A program made the position numbers and the translations under genes. Of a stretch of DNA of 64,000 nt, positions 37,313 to 52,391 are shown piece after piece. The DNA comes from Eledone cirrhosa (Eukaryota), in contig OZ024742.1 in NCBI GenBank assembly GCA_964016885.1, forward strand, positions 297,042,001 through 297,106,000. Direction: 5' to 3'. The notes under the pieces were generated by a model. That model had not been told where the DNA came from. It did no database searches and saw only the letters and a program-made list of their open reading frames with translations. The first letter of the stretch is position 1, and the number at the start of each line of letters is the position of its first letter.

Positions 37313-40300
37313 ATCATCATCATCATCATCATCATCGTTTAACGTCCATATTCCACGCTTGCATGGGTTTGGACGGGAGTTTTCCCACTTGAGGTAAGAG
37401 TGGTTGTCTTGCTCGCATAGGACTGTCTGGCGGGTTTTCTACGGCTGGATGCACTTCCTAACACCAACCACATTTACAGTGTGGAACTGAGAGGTTTTTA
37501 CCGTGTTACCTACACGGCCACATTACAGCATGGACTGTGTGTTTTTTTGTCGTGATACCTACACGACCTCATTTGTTTCGGACTGGATGTTGTGGTACCA
37601 ACATAACTTTACATTGAAAGGGGTGGTATGGATGGGGTGGGGGTAGTGGGACGGGGGTGTATGTTGTTAGAGGTGCCTACTGACTGTAGTAGGTTTCACT
37701 TTGTACTTAGGGAAGGCGGGTCTTCTCTATTACTGTGTAGCGCCAAAGATCTCGGTCCAGTGACATTGTCTTGGAGAGGTATAAGTGTGTGAGGTCGGAA
37801 TTTATCAAGTCGTCCCAGGTTTTTCTGGGTCTGCCTACTCCGTGGTTACCGTCTATTTTTATTGCCCTGCACTTTTTTATACAGCTGTCGTCTTTCATGT
37901 GCATCGCGTGACCATACCTAAGTAGCCTTCTCTCGAGTAAACAACATCTGATCCCTCTTATTTCTAATATTTCCCTTAGTTCGTTTATGCTTTGCCGTTC
38001 ACGTATATTACTATTACACATCCAGCGGAGCATGCAAGCTTCGTTCCTCTCCAGTATATCCTCTGCACACAATGCCGATGTCTCACTGCCATGCAACATT
38101 GCTGTTCGTATGCAGGCATGATACAGCCTGCCTTTCATTTTTAGGGAGAACCCTTTAGCGGCTAATAGTGGTATAAGCTCTCTGAACTTTTCCCATCCAG
38201 TTCTGACTCTAGCTACTGTACTTTCAGAGCACCCACCCCCACTGCTGATTTTGTCACCCCGGTAACGGAAGGTGTCCACTATTTCTATAGAACCATCTGT
38301 GCAATGGAATGAGCTAGTATTCTGTGGGCACTTGCTGCTACTTATTGCACCAGAGCACCGGCCACATATAAAATCTATATTCTTAGTTAGCTTACCTGTG
38401 ATCCCACTACATCTTTTATGCACCCATACTTTGCATTTGGGACATAAAATGGAGTTTCTACCTATTCCTTTCCTACACACTGAGCATGGCCATTTCCCGG
38501 ATGGGACCGGCGCCCTATTTTCCTTCCCACAAACTAGAACTTTAGTCTTAGACAGGTTAATTTTAAGGCCTTTTGATTCTAGGCCATGCTTCCATGTTTT
38601 GAATTTCTCCTCTAGTTCGGCCATTGATTCAGCTATGAGCGTTAGATCATCTGCGTATAGGAGTATATGGGCAGCCGGTCTTGAACTCGACTGTTATAGC
38701 CTGAAGGGCAATAATAAATAGTAGGGGTCTAAGAACGGAGCCCTGATGAACACCAACTTTTACGCTAAACTCTTCATTATATTCGTTGTTAATTCTAACC
38801 TTGCTGACTGTTTCTTTATACGTGGCTTGTATAGCTCTCACAAGCCATTCATCAACACCTTGTTTTCTACGAGCCCACCAGATAATGGAACGGGGGACTC
38901 TGTCGAAGGCTTTCTCCAAGTCGACAAAAGCTAAGTATAGGGGTTTACTTTTAGCTAGGTACTTCTCCTGTAGTTGTCGTACAATGAAAAGAGCGTCTGT
39001 GGTACTTTTACCTGACACAAACCCAAACTGCATTTCATCTAGATCAATTCTCTCTCTGATTAGTTGCGCTATTACTTTTTCTGTGACCTTCATGACCTGG
39101 TCGATTAATTTAATGCCTCTAGAGTTACTCCTATCTAGGGCATCTCCTCTACCCTTGTAGCAGTTAATGATGATGCTGCTACGACAGTACTTCGGAAAAA
39201 CCCCATTCTGTATGACTTGGTTTACTATCCGGGTGACCATGGTGTGTCCCACCGTTCCAGAAGCTTTCAGCATTTCAGCAACTATTTCCGAAGGCCCAGC
39301 CGCCTTACCCGTCTTCATATCTTTGATTGCCTTACTTATTATACTACCTTCGACTAACACTGCTGGTCCCTCTATTGGGTCGATGTGGGGGAGACTGTCT
39401 TTCTCCCATTTATTCTCCTCATTTAGTAGCCTTTCGTAGTGACACTTCCAAGCTTCTTATCAGTGTCAGTGATGGCAAGTACACCATCATCATTAAGTAC
39501 ACATTTCTCCCCGACAATATCACGGTTTTCCTTGACACATTGCCTAGCAATCCTGAATACCTCACGTTTTTGGTCCTCGCGTTGTAGAACATGCTTGAAC
39601 TTTCTTTCCTCTGCTTCCCTTCTTGCGAAGTACACTTGTCTCCTAGCTTCCCTCCTGGCCACTTGATAGTCTTCTCTACTTCCCCCATCCCGCCATACTT
39701 TCCAAGCCTGCTTTTTGGCCTTAATTGACTCCTCCACCTTACTGTTCCACCACCATGTTACTCTCCTCCTACCTATAGGCCTGCTCCAGCCACAGACTTC
39801 GTCTGCCGCCATCAGAAGGTTTGCTTTCAGGAATTCCCACTGTTCCTCTATATTGTACGACACTAAATGCTCTTCCTTACTGTCGAAAGCATCAAGTAAT
39901 ATGCTTTGAAATTTATTTCTGGCTGTGGGGTCCTTTAGCTTCCATATTTTTCTCCTGAGGATAGTCCTCTTCTGCTGTCGAGTACGTCTCGTCCTGACTA
40001 TGAGGTGGCTAATCATGAGTCTATGTTGGGAGGTTCATTCTTCATGGGGGATAGATTTAGTGTTTACGACAGACACTCTGTCACGTCTTCTGGTAAGGAT
40101 ATAATCTACCTGGCTGGTATGTTCCCCTGATCTGTAGGTGATCAAGTGATTGTCTCGTTTTTTGAAGTTAGTGTTACAGATAGTTAGGTTATTTGCGTCA
40201 CAGAATTCCAGGATTCTGGAGCCTTCTTCATTTCTAGTACCAAACCCATAGCCCCCGTGGATTCCGTCATAGCCGTCACAATGTTGTCCAACGTGACCAT

Positions 40301-41447
40301 TTAGGTCGCCAGCAATAATTATATAGTCACTGTTGGTTATTTGGGAGGTAGTGAGCATCAGTGTCTCGTAGAATCTGTCTTTTATAGCGCCAGGCAGTCT
40401 GGATTGGGGCGCGTACGCAGATATTACTGTCACAGTAGTTCTATTTAGAACAAGTCCTATTTTAATTATTCTGTCATTCACTCTATTTACGTCTATTATC
40501 TTATCCACCCATTTTTCTGCTAACATGATTCCTACCCCACCCCAGCCCATTGTCATTTCCCACCCAGAAAAGCTTATCGCATCGTTTTTTACCCACAATG
40601 AATCTAGCAGACCCGCCCCTCCACCTGGTCTCTTGGATACAGCAAACATCAACCTCCTTACGTTCAACCATTTCTACAACCTCGTTAGAGCGGCCTTTTA
40701 AGGTGCCTACATTCAAGGTACCAACTCTGAAGTTTGGGATTGCGTTTGGTGGGTGGGGCGCAGGGAAGGGTGAGGGGGATGGGGATGGGGTTATGTTGGC
40801 CATCCGCGGGCGCAACAAAGAGGAGGGGGCCTTGCCCTTTCGTCCGGCAGCATGAGGTGAATTTGTCGATATCTTTGGCATTTTCTTCGAGTGTCCAGAT
40901 TCTTCAGACTCTCCAGAAATTCCTTAGTTCATCCATCATATCGAAAAGCAACCAGAAGTGATAGCATAGGCCGTTGACTTGTGATTGGTCCAAATAATAA
41001 AGGTGGAGACTGGGGGTATGGGGTAGTTAGCAAGGAGAAGATTATTTAGGACAGTGAAACAGAATTATAGAATAGCAATTATGAAATAGCATTTGGATTC
41101 TGGGCGATTATAGATATATGGATGAATGAACCGAAGGGTGGGGAGACAAGAAGAAAATGTTATTTATACATTACATTTCGTAGAAGTGGACTGACAATTA
41201 ATAAGAGTTGACAAATTCTGAGTTTTGTCCCTCGTAACAGGCTTATTTATATTTGGTGCGAGTAGGGAGTAAGAGAGAGAGAGAGATTGAGAGAGGGACG
41301 TATATGATAGAGAGAGTGGGGGTGATAGCGATTTAGAGGGCCGGGAGAAGCCATTTTTATGAATCCTGGAAAAATTTTCGGCCAAAATGGTAGCGAGAAG
41401 ATTATTTAGAACAAGCGTGGAGAAGATTATTTGGAACAGTGAGACAG

Positions 41448-41450
<3 letters not shown>
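37313..41450 (-). mobile_element. Near-full-length RTE LINE (APE + RT), frameshifted
   Basis: VGTLNVGTL, CCIQETRW, SAYAPQ, GDLNGHVG (APE); QFGF, AFVDLEKAFDRVPR, GVHQGSVL, YADD (RT); PHD-like insert WPCSVC..WVHKRCSG..CGRC; (TGA)n tail; 5' limit approximate. Confidence 0.95.
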
Positions 41451-41492
<42 letters not shown>

Positions 41493-41744
41493 TATACACA
41501 TAAAGGACTTCTGTCTGATGCGTTGAAACCGCCTCCACTGCCACCAAACGTGAACCTAATATAACTGTGTAAAATTGCCTCCTGTGTTTTGTTTGTTCCA
41601 TTTATCAACTATATATGTTTGTGTTTGGCCTTTAAACTTATGTTGTTGCTCTAGTTCACTAGCTTCTATGGAGCGCTTGCCACACATCTCGGAAGTTGTT
41701 TTTCGCTAATTTCCAATAGCCGAAATACGATTCTCGCTAATTTA

Positions 41745-42755
<1,011 letters not shown>

Positions 42756-42923
42756 CCAAGATTGTGTAAATTTGTATATAAATACAAACATGGAATATAT
42801 AGATATATCAACATGTAAAATTTACATATTTCCTTGAAAACTGAAAATATTATGTATATCCTTAATGGATTTTTGATAATTTATGGGATCTCATTAGAAA
42901 AAATATATATCACTAAATACTCA

Positions 42924-43030
42924 TCAGGAAATACAGATCAAATATCACTAAAATGGATTGACGTATTTGCATATTATTAGCTCTACTGTTGGTAATTAAT
43001 TATATATATGTAATTATACTCTACACAGTC
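42924..43030 (-). other. Paralog of the short exon-like segment at 16960-17070
   Basis: Shared atttgcatattattagc; reads RANNMQIRQSILVIFDLYFL; donor decayed (atgagtattt). Confidence 0.4.
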
Positions 43031-43219
43031 AAAATATATGATAAATTTATGTGCATAAATTAATTCTGTACCATGTCAGAGCAGGCTTAAATGTTCATAG
43101 GCTGTTTATGAAGAAATAATTCTGAAGCTGTAAAATCTTGCATGCATTAATTTTAACTCTATAGTTGCTAAAATGTAGATAACTATAATAATATTTGAAT
43201 AAATTGCTACCCCTATAGA

Positions 43220-43685
43220 CAGAAAAAAGTGGCCAGAGATGCTAGTGAGGAATTGTACCATGCATCTCGCCTATGTTGAGGAAGTGCCTTTAGCTATTAC
43301 ACCAATATTTCCCTGATTTTTAATTACTGTCTTTTTAGATAATTTAAGTGTGTAATTAAAAGTGCATGGCATTAGGAAAAGCATTCAACTGTAGAAGCTA
43401 AGCTATAATGGAATATATGAATGAGACATTGTCATCTTATCTGTTTAGTCATAGAACCTGACAACTTGTTTAACCCATGCAAGCATGGAAAACAGACATT
43501 AAACTGTGATAATGGTGATGCTGATTGATACAGATATTGATATATTAGGAATCTATCAACGTCAGGTTTGTAAGAAGGCAACTCAAATCAATTTATTTGG
43601 AACAGCTTGATCAATGCTTGATTATACATGAAATTAAATCATTGTTTCAGACAGGCAATTAATTAATTATTTGATTCTAAAGGGG
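43220..43685 (-). pseudogene. Ig V-like pseudo-exon split by an RTE-tail insert (~43365-43525)
   Basis: ctgttcacag| APLESNN*LIACLKQ*FNFMYNQALIKLFQIN*FELPSYKPDVDRFLIYQY ... TLKLSKKTVIKNQGKYWC (D.G.Y.C motif, one frameshift). Confidence 0.6.
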
Positions 43686-43981
43686 CTGTGAACAGAAGAA
43701 TTTAACTCTTCTTATTAATAACTGCAGTGTTTCTCTCCAGGGACTATGTGGAAAAATAAACCTCATTTGGTCATTCCATGAGAGTATCTTGGTCAGCCTA
43801 TGAACCATTCAGCTGACCCACATATCTGTATAGATATAAATTTATCATAAAATTCAGCTGCTTAGTGTCCAAGTGAAAATATATTAAATTTAATAACCAC
43901 CATCTATATTCTGTGCCATGCTTCTGCCAGAGAAGGGTACACGTGTTTGGGGAATACTCAGTCATTTATATGTTAATTCAG

Positions 43982-44260
43982 GATTTGGACACTCATGGAC
44001 AAGACCACCATACATAAAAATATGTAAACAACTTGAAGAGGAACATACACTGTGACTTGTAAATGTGTGTCCAGCATATAAAATACAACAACAATACACA
44101 GGAATAAATGAAATTACCGAGACTGTAGAAGTTTCTCTTACTCCAGGATGCATACACAGTTAAAAGTATAATTACACATTTGCAGCTACTGACTAAGGAA
44201 GGGAATGGAACATAGTTATATGCAGGTACTCATCTCATAATCGTTGCTAGAGGTTCACTG
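43982..44260 (+). pseudogene. Ig C2-set-like pseudo-exon
   Basis: ..ITETVEVSLTPGC.YTVKSIITHLQLLTKEGNGT*L.C (mixed frames); C.YT..S.L...T...NGT...C pattern. Confidence 0.45.
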
Positions 44261-44539
44261 CTTCTAAGTTAGAATACTAATAGTGGCTATCATGTGATTT
44301 ATTCGAATGTAGACCAATTTAGCAGTCTCAGCACAATGCTGTTAAGTTTGAATTAATAATGGTTTCTGATTTAGGTACAAGGCCAACAATTTTGGGGGAA
44401 AGTCGATTAAATCGACCCCAATGTATTACTGGTACTTTATTTTATTGATCCCGTAAGGATGAAAGGCAAAGCTAACCTCAGTGGGATTTGAACTCAGAGT
44501 GTAAAGGGCCATAACTCTATCCCACTAAGCTTGTTGTCT

Positions 44540-44749
44540 GAAAATAAATTCAAACTACAAACCAGACAGTTAAATATTGAGATGATATTAGAAATAGGAA
44601 TGGATATACTAGGAATCTATCAATATTGTATTTGTAGGAAGGCCACATGTGTTAACTTATGGGGGACAGTCTGATCTATACACAATAATACACAAAAAGA
44701 ATTTATTGTATCAGAATAGCAATTAATAAATTATTCAATTTTAAAGAGG
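44540..44749 (-). pseudogene. Tandem duplicate of the 43685 V-like exon
   Basis: ctattcacag| ASLKLNNLLIAILIQ*ILFVYY..IS*HMWPSYKYNIDRFLVY; DNA similarity 43520-43700 vs 44600-44760. Confidence 0.55.
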
Positions 44750-44925
44750 CTGTGAATAGAGAGCAAAGAGAGCACAAGAACATCACACAAATGCCAACTA
44801 TAACAAATACCTGTGTTATTATTTTTTTTATTATTTGACGTTCTGGAATTCACCTGCAACAACAACATTTGGGGAAATATTAAGAGAGAAAAATATTTTT
44901 GAACTGAAAATGAGTTTCTACTTAC

Positions 44926-45434
44926 AGATTTGTCAGTATATTTGAATATTCAATGCTTCTAATTAAAGATTTTCTGTTCAAGAATATACATTCAAATGAA
45001 ATTGGGTGCGATTGAATTATACCATTAATGTGTTTCTGTAGTGTCAAGTCAAGCTCCCATTTCAAATATATAAGTTACTCTGAATTTAAACACATCTTTT
45101 TCTCTGAATTAACAACAGCTTTGTTACTTTTTAGTCTAACAATTCATCCAACCGACACCCTGGGCTCACATTATTTTATCAACACCATAAGGATGAAAGA
45201 CAAAGTTGAAATCAGTTCAGTAGGATTTGAACTCTATGTGCAAAGAACAAGGACAAAATACGACAAGACAGACTGCAGAAAGCTGGAACATATACTTCAA
45301 GGCATTTTGTACTGAGCTCTAACCACACTACTTCATGGAGATACTGATATTATTAAAGTCTGGGTGACATTGTATGATAGAAACTTACAAAGCGAGACTA
45401 TATTTCATCTTAATATTTCGTTTCTGGAGATATT
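44926..45434 (-). pseudogene. Ig C2-set-like pseudo-exon split by a SINE (~45145-45330)
   Basis: ..KMCLNSE*LIYLKWELDLTLQKHINGIIQSHPISFECIFLNRK.. |gtaagt. Confidence 0.45.
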
Positions 45435-46379
45435 CTCGAAATGTGAAATGATTTGAATGTAACAGTCCATAATGTGTTCTATGAAACACTTTGTAGAAGT
45501 TCCAAAAGTCAATAACAGGAAAATAGAAAAGATGAAGGACCATAGAGATCATGTCAGCATGAGGAAAAAATCAATGTTAAATCGAATGAAAATTATAATG
45601 ATTGCTATTTCATGGAGATTACTTCAATGAAATAGTTCACAAAAGTAAAACACACACAGAGGCACATATACAAATTACACACACATACACACACACACAT
45701 ATATATATGTGTGTGTGTGTCTGTGCCTATGAGCATATGTGTGTGATGTGTATATGTGTGTTTTTCTTTTGTAAAATATATATATTTACATATATAATGT
45801 TACTTGAGTGGGATTTTACGCCAGACATTATGTATGCCTGAAATAAAACCAGCATGGTGCACAATAATGTATGCATGTGTAGAATTATCAACATGGTAAA
45901 AGCTTCTACACAACAGACTAGGTGACAAGTATAAATTTTTTACTAGAAATAGCAATCTCAACATTTGAGGAGTAGCAATTAATTATATAAATTTTAAAGT
46001 TAATCAGTAACATACATCACATCTCAATGAATAATATTGCTTATAATATAATTAGTTTATATATATAAATATACAAATATTTCAAATAAGTCTTAGAATT
46101 AACCAAAGGGAAGATCGCAGTAAAGTACTGCATCGGTTGTTAGCTGTCAGGACACTGCATCCTTCAAAACCCCCATGCTTCGCAAAATTCGCCAATACTA
46201 CACTTGATATTCCATCTCTGTACACACACACGCATGTATCTGTGTGTATATCATTGCTCATACAGTTTTCACTTTCCTGACATTTGTACATTATTCTATG
46301 TACTATACATGCACATTTTATGAGTTGTAGTGCACCTGAGCACTGTAGACAATAATTTAATTATTATTAAAATAAAGAA

Positions 46380-46555
46380 ACCTTAGAAGCATTGTTAAGT
46401 GACCTAAAGCAAGAGTGTTTAACAAAACAACTTAAAGGGAAATATGCAAAATCAAAAAACTTTAAAAAATAGTCCTACATAGCTAAAAGGTTCCTCAAGA
46501 TAATTCTCCATCAATTCCTCTCAAACTGGATTTATCAAAAGATCTCCATCAGGAC
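46380..46555 (-). pseudogene. Ig C2/I-like pseudo-exon (5' part)
   Basis: cttgttgaag| PDGDLLINPV*EELMENYLEEPFSYVGLFFKVF*F; follows the V-like exon after a short intron. Confidence 0.35.
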
Positions 46556-46612
46556 CTTCAACAAGTGAATTAATCTGCATATAATAATTTTGTATTTTGC
46601 CACAACACATAC

Positions 46613-46898
46613 AATTAAACTACTGCTAATGTTAGTGAGTGACACTTGATGGTAGCTGTTGGATAAAATTTGTAGTCTACTGTGTAAAGTTATACTTAAA
46701 CTACAACTTCCCATAATAGCCCATTATTGGGTTAACTGAAAATAACTTCATCTAATGAATTTATAAGCATAATCATTATTTCACTAACCTTCAAGTGATG
46801 TTAGATCATATGTACAGCATCATTTGCTTCACTCTAGACAATATGGGACCGACCTCCATGAGAGATTTACATCCAAACTTGTTGCCAGGTATGGCTAT
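46613..46898 (-). pseudogene. Ig V-like pseudo-exon
   Basis: cttctttag| ..CCTYDLTSLEG**NNDY..AIMGSCSLSIT..TIKCHSLTLAVV |gtatgt. Confidence 0.45.
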
Positions 46899-47119
46899 CT
46901 AAAGAAGTGCTTATCTTACAAGATCCCAATGTTTTTTTCTTTAAACATTAACAAAATATTATACATGGAAAAAATGTACTTGATTAGAAATCCCATATGT
47001 TATAAAATAAATTAAACAACTAATTCTGCTTTTTTAAAAATCAATGGTGACAACCTAGAAAAAAACGATTTTCCAACCCTCCTATTATTTGCGAACCAAA
47101 AGTAGGTAACATGTTTAAT

Positions 47120-48192
47120 ACGAATTCAATGTGTAGGTAGGTTTTCATCAGGTCTCAGTCCTCAAACCTATTTATTATAACTCCTCAGGATATAACAGAA
47201 GAATTTAAGACTGACTGTCCATGAGAATTTCTGTGTGATGACGACTTGGTTCTTATAATCAAATGTGTAGAAGATTTGCAGAAGAAATTCAAACTTAAGA
47301 AACAGAACTTAGAATCAAACGTTCTTAGTGAACATTTTGGAAAAACTAACATTTCAGTAAATAGGAAAGAAGACATGATCCTGATCCATCAGGGAAGCAG
47401 CCTTGCTTAATGTGTAGAAAAGGAGTAAGTAGAAACTTCATACGATATACACAATATAAATCTTGGGTGCACAAGAGGTGTAATATAATTTCAGGTAGAA
47501 TAACTGAAAATATAAACTTTGTTTGTATCATATTCACAGGGATAGTTAGTAGTATGAGCATCAGTAAAATAAACATTTTCCAATTCTAGAAAAGATCTAT
47601 AGAAGTAGTTGGAAGCTTCTGCTATATAGGTGGTCTAATTAGCAATGGAGGAAATTGGTCTGAGAGCATAGCAGCTAGAATAAGAATGGGATGGAGAAAT
47701 TTTAGGTAGCTACTAACACTGTGGACAACTAAAGGTTTCTTTCAATGAATGAAAGGTAGAATGTTTGTGTGCGATGTGTGCTGTTATGTGGTAGCAAAAC
47801 ATGAGCATTGAATAGAGATAATATGTAATGTCTTGAAAGAATTGAAGTTAGCATGATCTATTGGTTGTACAAATCTAATATCCATGAATGACAATGCTTG
47901 GATGCACTAAGAGTAAAGCTGTGTATAAAAGGAATCAAATGTAGTGAGCAGGAGAGAAAATATGCACTATTATGGATGATGATCATTGGGAGAAGTGCTA
48001 GGAAATCCCAGCAGAAAGAAGCTGCAGTATAGGGAGTCCAAGGAAGATCTGGCAGAGGTTGAGAGCTAATCCCATGTCACTGAAGTTCACATTTCAGATG
48101 AAGGACCAAGATGGGTGGAGAGATGCTGAAGTGGAAAAGACCTGTACAACCCATCCAAGTACGGAAAATTTGACATAAGATAATAATGATGT
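47120..48192 (+). mobile_element. Old RTE LINE fragment
   Basis: LCDDDLVL..KFKLKKQNLES..PCLMCRKGV..WVHKRC..RIRMGWRNFR. Confidence 0.85.
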
Positions 48193-48254
48193 GTGTATAT
48201 GTATATGTATGTATCTATCTATCTATCTATAAAGATGTCTATATATATATATAT

Positions 48255-48636
48255 ATAAATGCAATCTAAGTTTTTTTAATATTAATACTAATATTCGGTT
48301 CATTTGCAATTATGCAAACAGTCTCTTTTAAGCTATGTCAGTAGTATGAGCCCCTCATTCTTGCTCTTGTGTTGGCATGTAAATAGAACTGCAGACACTA
48401 ATGTTCCTGGGTGATCAGAGCAGTTTACTGTTCACCTACCAACTGTCAGAGCTAGTGAAAATATATGATATTTTCTAAAATATACAGTGACTGATCAGCC
48501 TGATTTGCATATTAGCAGGCACAAGAGCAAGAATAAGGGGCTCGTTCTATTGATATGGCTTAAAAGAAGGTGTTTGCATAATTGCAAACAAATTGAATAT
48601 TAGTATTAACATTAAAAAAACTCAGATTACATTTAT
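48255..48636. repeat. Diverged inverted repeat, ~120-bp arms
   Basis: ttttttaatattaatactaatattc..tttgcaattatgcaaaca..gagcccctcattcttgctcttgtg vs cacaagagcaagaataaggggctc..tgtttgcataattgcaaa..gaatattagtattaacattaaaaaa. Confidence 0.8.
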
Positions 48637-48669
48637 TGTATTTAGCCATGTAGAGAGATAACCTTTTGT

Positions 48670-48701
<32 letters not shown>

Positions 48702-49354
48702 GTATAATGATATTTTACTAAGTAAAAGCTTAATTGTATAAGAATATTTTTTTTATTATTTTTTTCTTTCAGATGTAATTTCTTGTGCTGCTAACATAAA
48801 CTTAACATTCAAATCAATCTTACTAATGGCAAAATAAATAATTCTATATTGATTTTGATGTAATTTTTAATGCATCTTTAAATTAGCTTTGGAATCATGC
48901 CAGACTAATGACTTACACATTTTCTGATTCTTGGTAATATAATAATCAACTTAATTCAAAGAAAAATTAGGAAAAGCTAGTCTAAATCTTTGCAAATTAG
49001 CTTTATATTATTTTTCAACTTGTGACATTAGTTATAAATTAGAATGACAGAAAATGTTATTTCATATGATTCAGACAAAAAAATAATAAACAAACAAAAA
49101 AGTAAATTATATTTTTGACACGATTGTTTCATATGAATTCTTCTGTACAAATTTTGAAATATTTCAAACCATATTTGGAAATTTATATTTTTCTTTAATT
49201 TATTGCTGTTAAAAATATTTTACATTTTATTTTAATAGTAAAATATCTTTAATTACACTATTAGAGTTATCCTTCCTGGTTTTTGTTTTTAAGTTTTAAA
49301 CACTCCAAGAAGATGCTTAGATAATTCTAGTTAATCAAAGTTTTTTATCCTTAC

Positions 49355-49429
49355 CATATGTTAGACTTTACTGAATGTGTATTTCATCATCATCCGGTGG
49401 CCTTAGCCGAAATAAGAACAACCTATCAA
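49355..49429 (-). other. 75-nt phase-1/1 exon-like segment with one stop
   Basis: attgtcctcag| DRLFLFRLRPPDDDEIHIQ*SLTY |gtaagg. Confidence 0.25.
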
Positions 49430-50577
49430 CTGAGGACAATATAAGGACACATAAGAAGAATTCTAAAAGGATACAAAGACACCCCCTCACACACACATAG
49501 TACAAAGCATAGAATAATAACTACCTAGTGATGGTCAAGAGAGAAAGAAAAAAAGACACATATGCACATAAACCTGGAGGAGAAACAAGCATACATAGAC
49601 ACACATAGACTCAGATCATACAAGTAACAGCTGATAGATACACACTCACACACACACACACACACTAATGCATATGCATATGCATGTGCATAACAGCTGC
49701 ACACCTCAAAAAGCAAGGTTGGGTAGATAGAACAAGATCAGAACAAAGAGGAGGCACAAAGCAAGAATAGTTATTGAGAAGGTTACAGTATGTGATGAAA
49801 GAGACTTGACAATTAATAATTCAACAAATATCCAGTTACTAAACTAAAAAATGAATGGCTTAGTTCCTCACCTAATAATATACTGAAGTGAAACTCAACT
49901 GGTGTGTGTGTGTTTATTGGCAGTATAACTCCACAAAAGTATACCAATAAGGGATTTGGTTCTTAAAGAATAAATTCAAAATGGTGTATAGTACTTCTTG
50001 CGAAACTTGATGGTCAAAATTGAGTGTCTAAGTCTAAAGTTTGTCTTAAATTATTTAAGTCTCATTAGGACTGTGTTTATCCTTGTTTCATGGCATGAAG
50101 TGACAGAGAGTATAAGACTTCCCCTAGACAGGACACCAGTCCATCGCAGAGGTAAACCCCCAGCTATTGCTGGTACTCATTTTCAGCTGATTATACTGGA
50201 GCAACGTGAAATGAAGTGTTTTGCTAAAGAACACAAAATGCAATCAAGCCCAGGAATCGAACCCACAGCATTATGATATTAAGTCCAACACCCTTACCAC
50301 TAGACTACATGCCTCCACTGAAAATTGAGTGCACAGTGACAAGCACAGAGGTTAGCTGGACATGCTCACCGACATCAAGAGTTAACACTGCATTCAGTGC
50401 TCCTGTGGGAGCCCCTGCACGGACACACTAGAAGAGGGAGACTGAGGTTGACATATGTTGATATGTTGATACTCTAAGGTCAGACACTGGTCTCTTGAAG
50501 ACGCAGGACATGGCAGCGATGATGAGGGACAGAGACTGCTGGAAAGAACTCGTCCTTGGATCTCGGAAATTGTACAC

Positions 50578-50650
<73 letters not shown>

Positions 50651-50778
50651 TAGATAGATAGATACTTGACTGATATTTTTTGTCAACTTTGGAAAAAGAT
50701 GAATGACCTTGGTAAGTTTTGAACTTAGAACGTAAGCTAATGTCATTGCACTTGGTAAGTTTTGAACTTAGAACGTAA

Positions 50779-51003
50779 GCTAATGTCATTAACCCTTTAG
50801 AATTTACATTACTCTATAATTACTATTGTATATTCACAGTAAAGGCTTTATCTCAAATAATATTGAATCTATGAGATGTTGATATCATTTATTTTGAGAA
50901 CAATACCTTAATGTTGGATGAGCAGCTGGTTACGGATGGTTTGAACAGAAAGAGGTGAGAGAATTCTGGCTGGAAATGGTCGGTTTAAATGCTAAACGGT
51001 TAA
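50779..51003. mobile_element. piggyBac-type MITE
   Basis: TTAA-CCCTTTAGAATTTA ... TAAATGCTAAACGG-TTAA. Confidence 0.7.
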
Positions 51004-51710
51004 ATATTATATGGTAAATTTAATTTGCTACTCCTCTGATTCTACCAATATTCTGTTCTTCTTCTGCAAAGTAGATTACCATACAGATATATTCATTTAA
51101 TTTAACGAAGGTGAGGAAAAATGAAATTGGAAAAAAAGAATAGTTTGGCAAAAGAAAGGAAGGAAAAAAAACCAAATGGAGAAAATTATGCTTTCATTGG
51201 TCTTTCCATTACAGATATTATGTCTGTTGCAACTCTGACTGAAGCATAATCACTCTTCTAGTCACAAAAATTAGGATTTGAACTCAAAATGCACAGACCT
51301 GGAAGAAATTCTGCAAATTTACCCTGTTTTTTTTTTTAAATGTTACCAATCCCCAACCTAATGACTGGTGCTTTATTTAGATGTCAGAAGGAGGAATGGT
51401 AAAGTTACACTATAGTGGTATTTCAGCTCACAGAGCACAGAGAGCTAGAACCAATACCAAGACATTTCAATTCAATACTATAACAACTCTACTAATTCAC
51501 CACTTATGTTGGGAAAAATACAGGTAAACAATCTGCAAAAGTTAAAGGAAATGAGAATTGTTTTGGAAGAAATGCAATCAATTTTTAAACTGTCAAAGAG
51601 CAATATCTGAGAATAAAGTTCACAGACAGACAATAAAAATATGGAAACTGAATAAAGAAAGGAGGTGGGTTATGTAGAAGGAAAGATAAACTTAGAACTA
51701 CAATACTTAC

Positions 51711-51928
51711 TGTGTTCTGAGATAATAAACATTGTACTTAAGTATATACCACTAAGAAATATAGATATAGATATAGATAAGAAAAACATACTAGTAATAG
51801 TTATTGGTGTAGTGTAATGTTGAAAGTGACAGTAGATCAATGACAAAAGAAAAATATGATGATATTGATCTGAGTTTTACATTTCTAAGCTGGTCATTGA
51901 TTATCAAATATGCCAGTGTCAGGTAAGA
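51711..51928 (-). pseudogene. Ig I-like pseudo-exon
   Basis: aaatttcag| LPDTGIFDNQ*PA*KCKTQ..STVTFNITL..SGIY.. |gtaagt. Confidence 0.4.
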
Positions 51929-52033
51929 CTGAAATTTATCTGTTTTTTATTATTATTATTTTTCTGTTTTCTGTTTCACATATTTTTGAAATCAGTATAG
52001 ATGCACAAGCATAGATATTCACCAATAAGCAAG

Positions 52034-52072
<39 letters not shown>

Positions 52073-52135
52073 ATATATATGTATGTATATATATGTCTGT
52101 GTATATGTATATGTATATATAAATGTATATATATT

Positions 52136-52220
<85 letters not shown>

Positions 52221-52391
52221 ATAAATATATGTATACATATATGTAAATATATATGTATATATATATGTACATGAATGCACACACACATGTACATACATAT
52301 GCAATTGTATACTGATTTCAAAACATGTTGGCCTTAAGTGATTTGTTCGTCAGTTAGTATAAGACACTACAAATGTCATATTTTATCTTAC

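Noticed and set aside
43962-44153. Minus-strand Cys-rich ORF as a real exon
   Set aside because: The plus-strand reading fits a C2-set Ig pattern better; this ORF is probably its antisense shadow.
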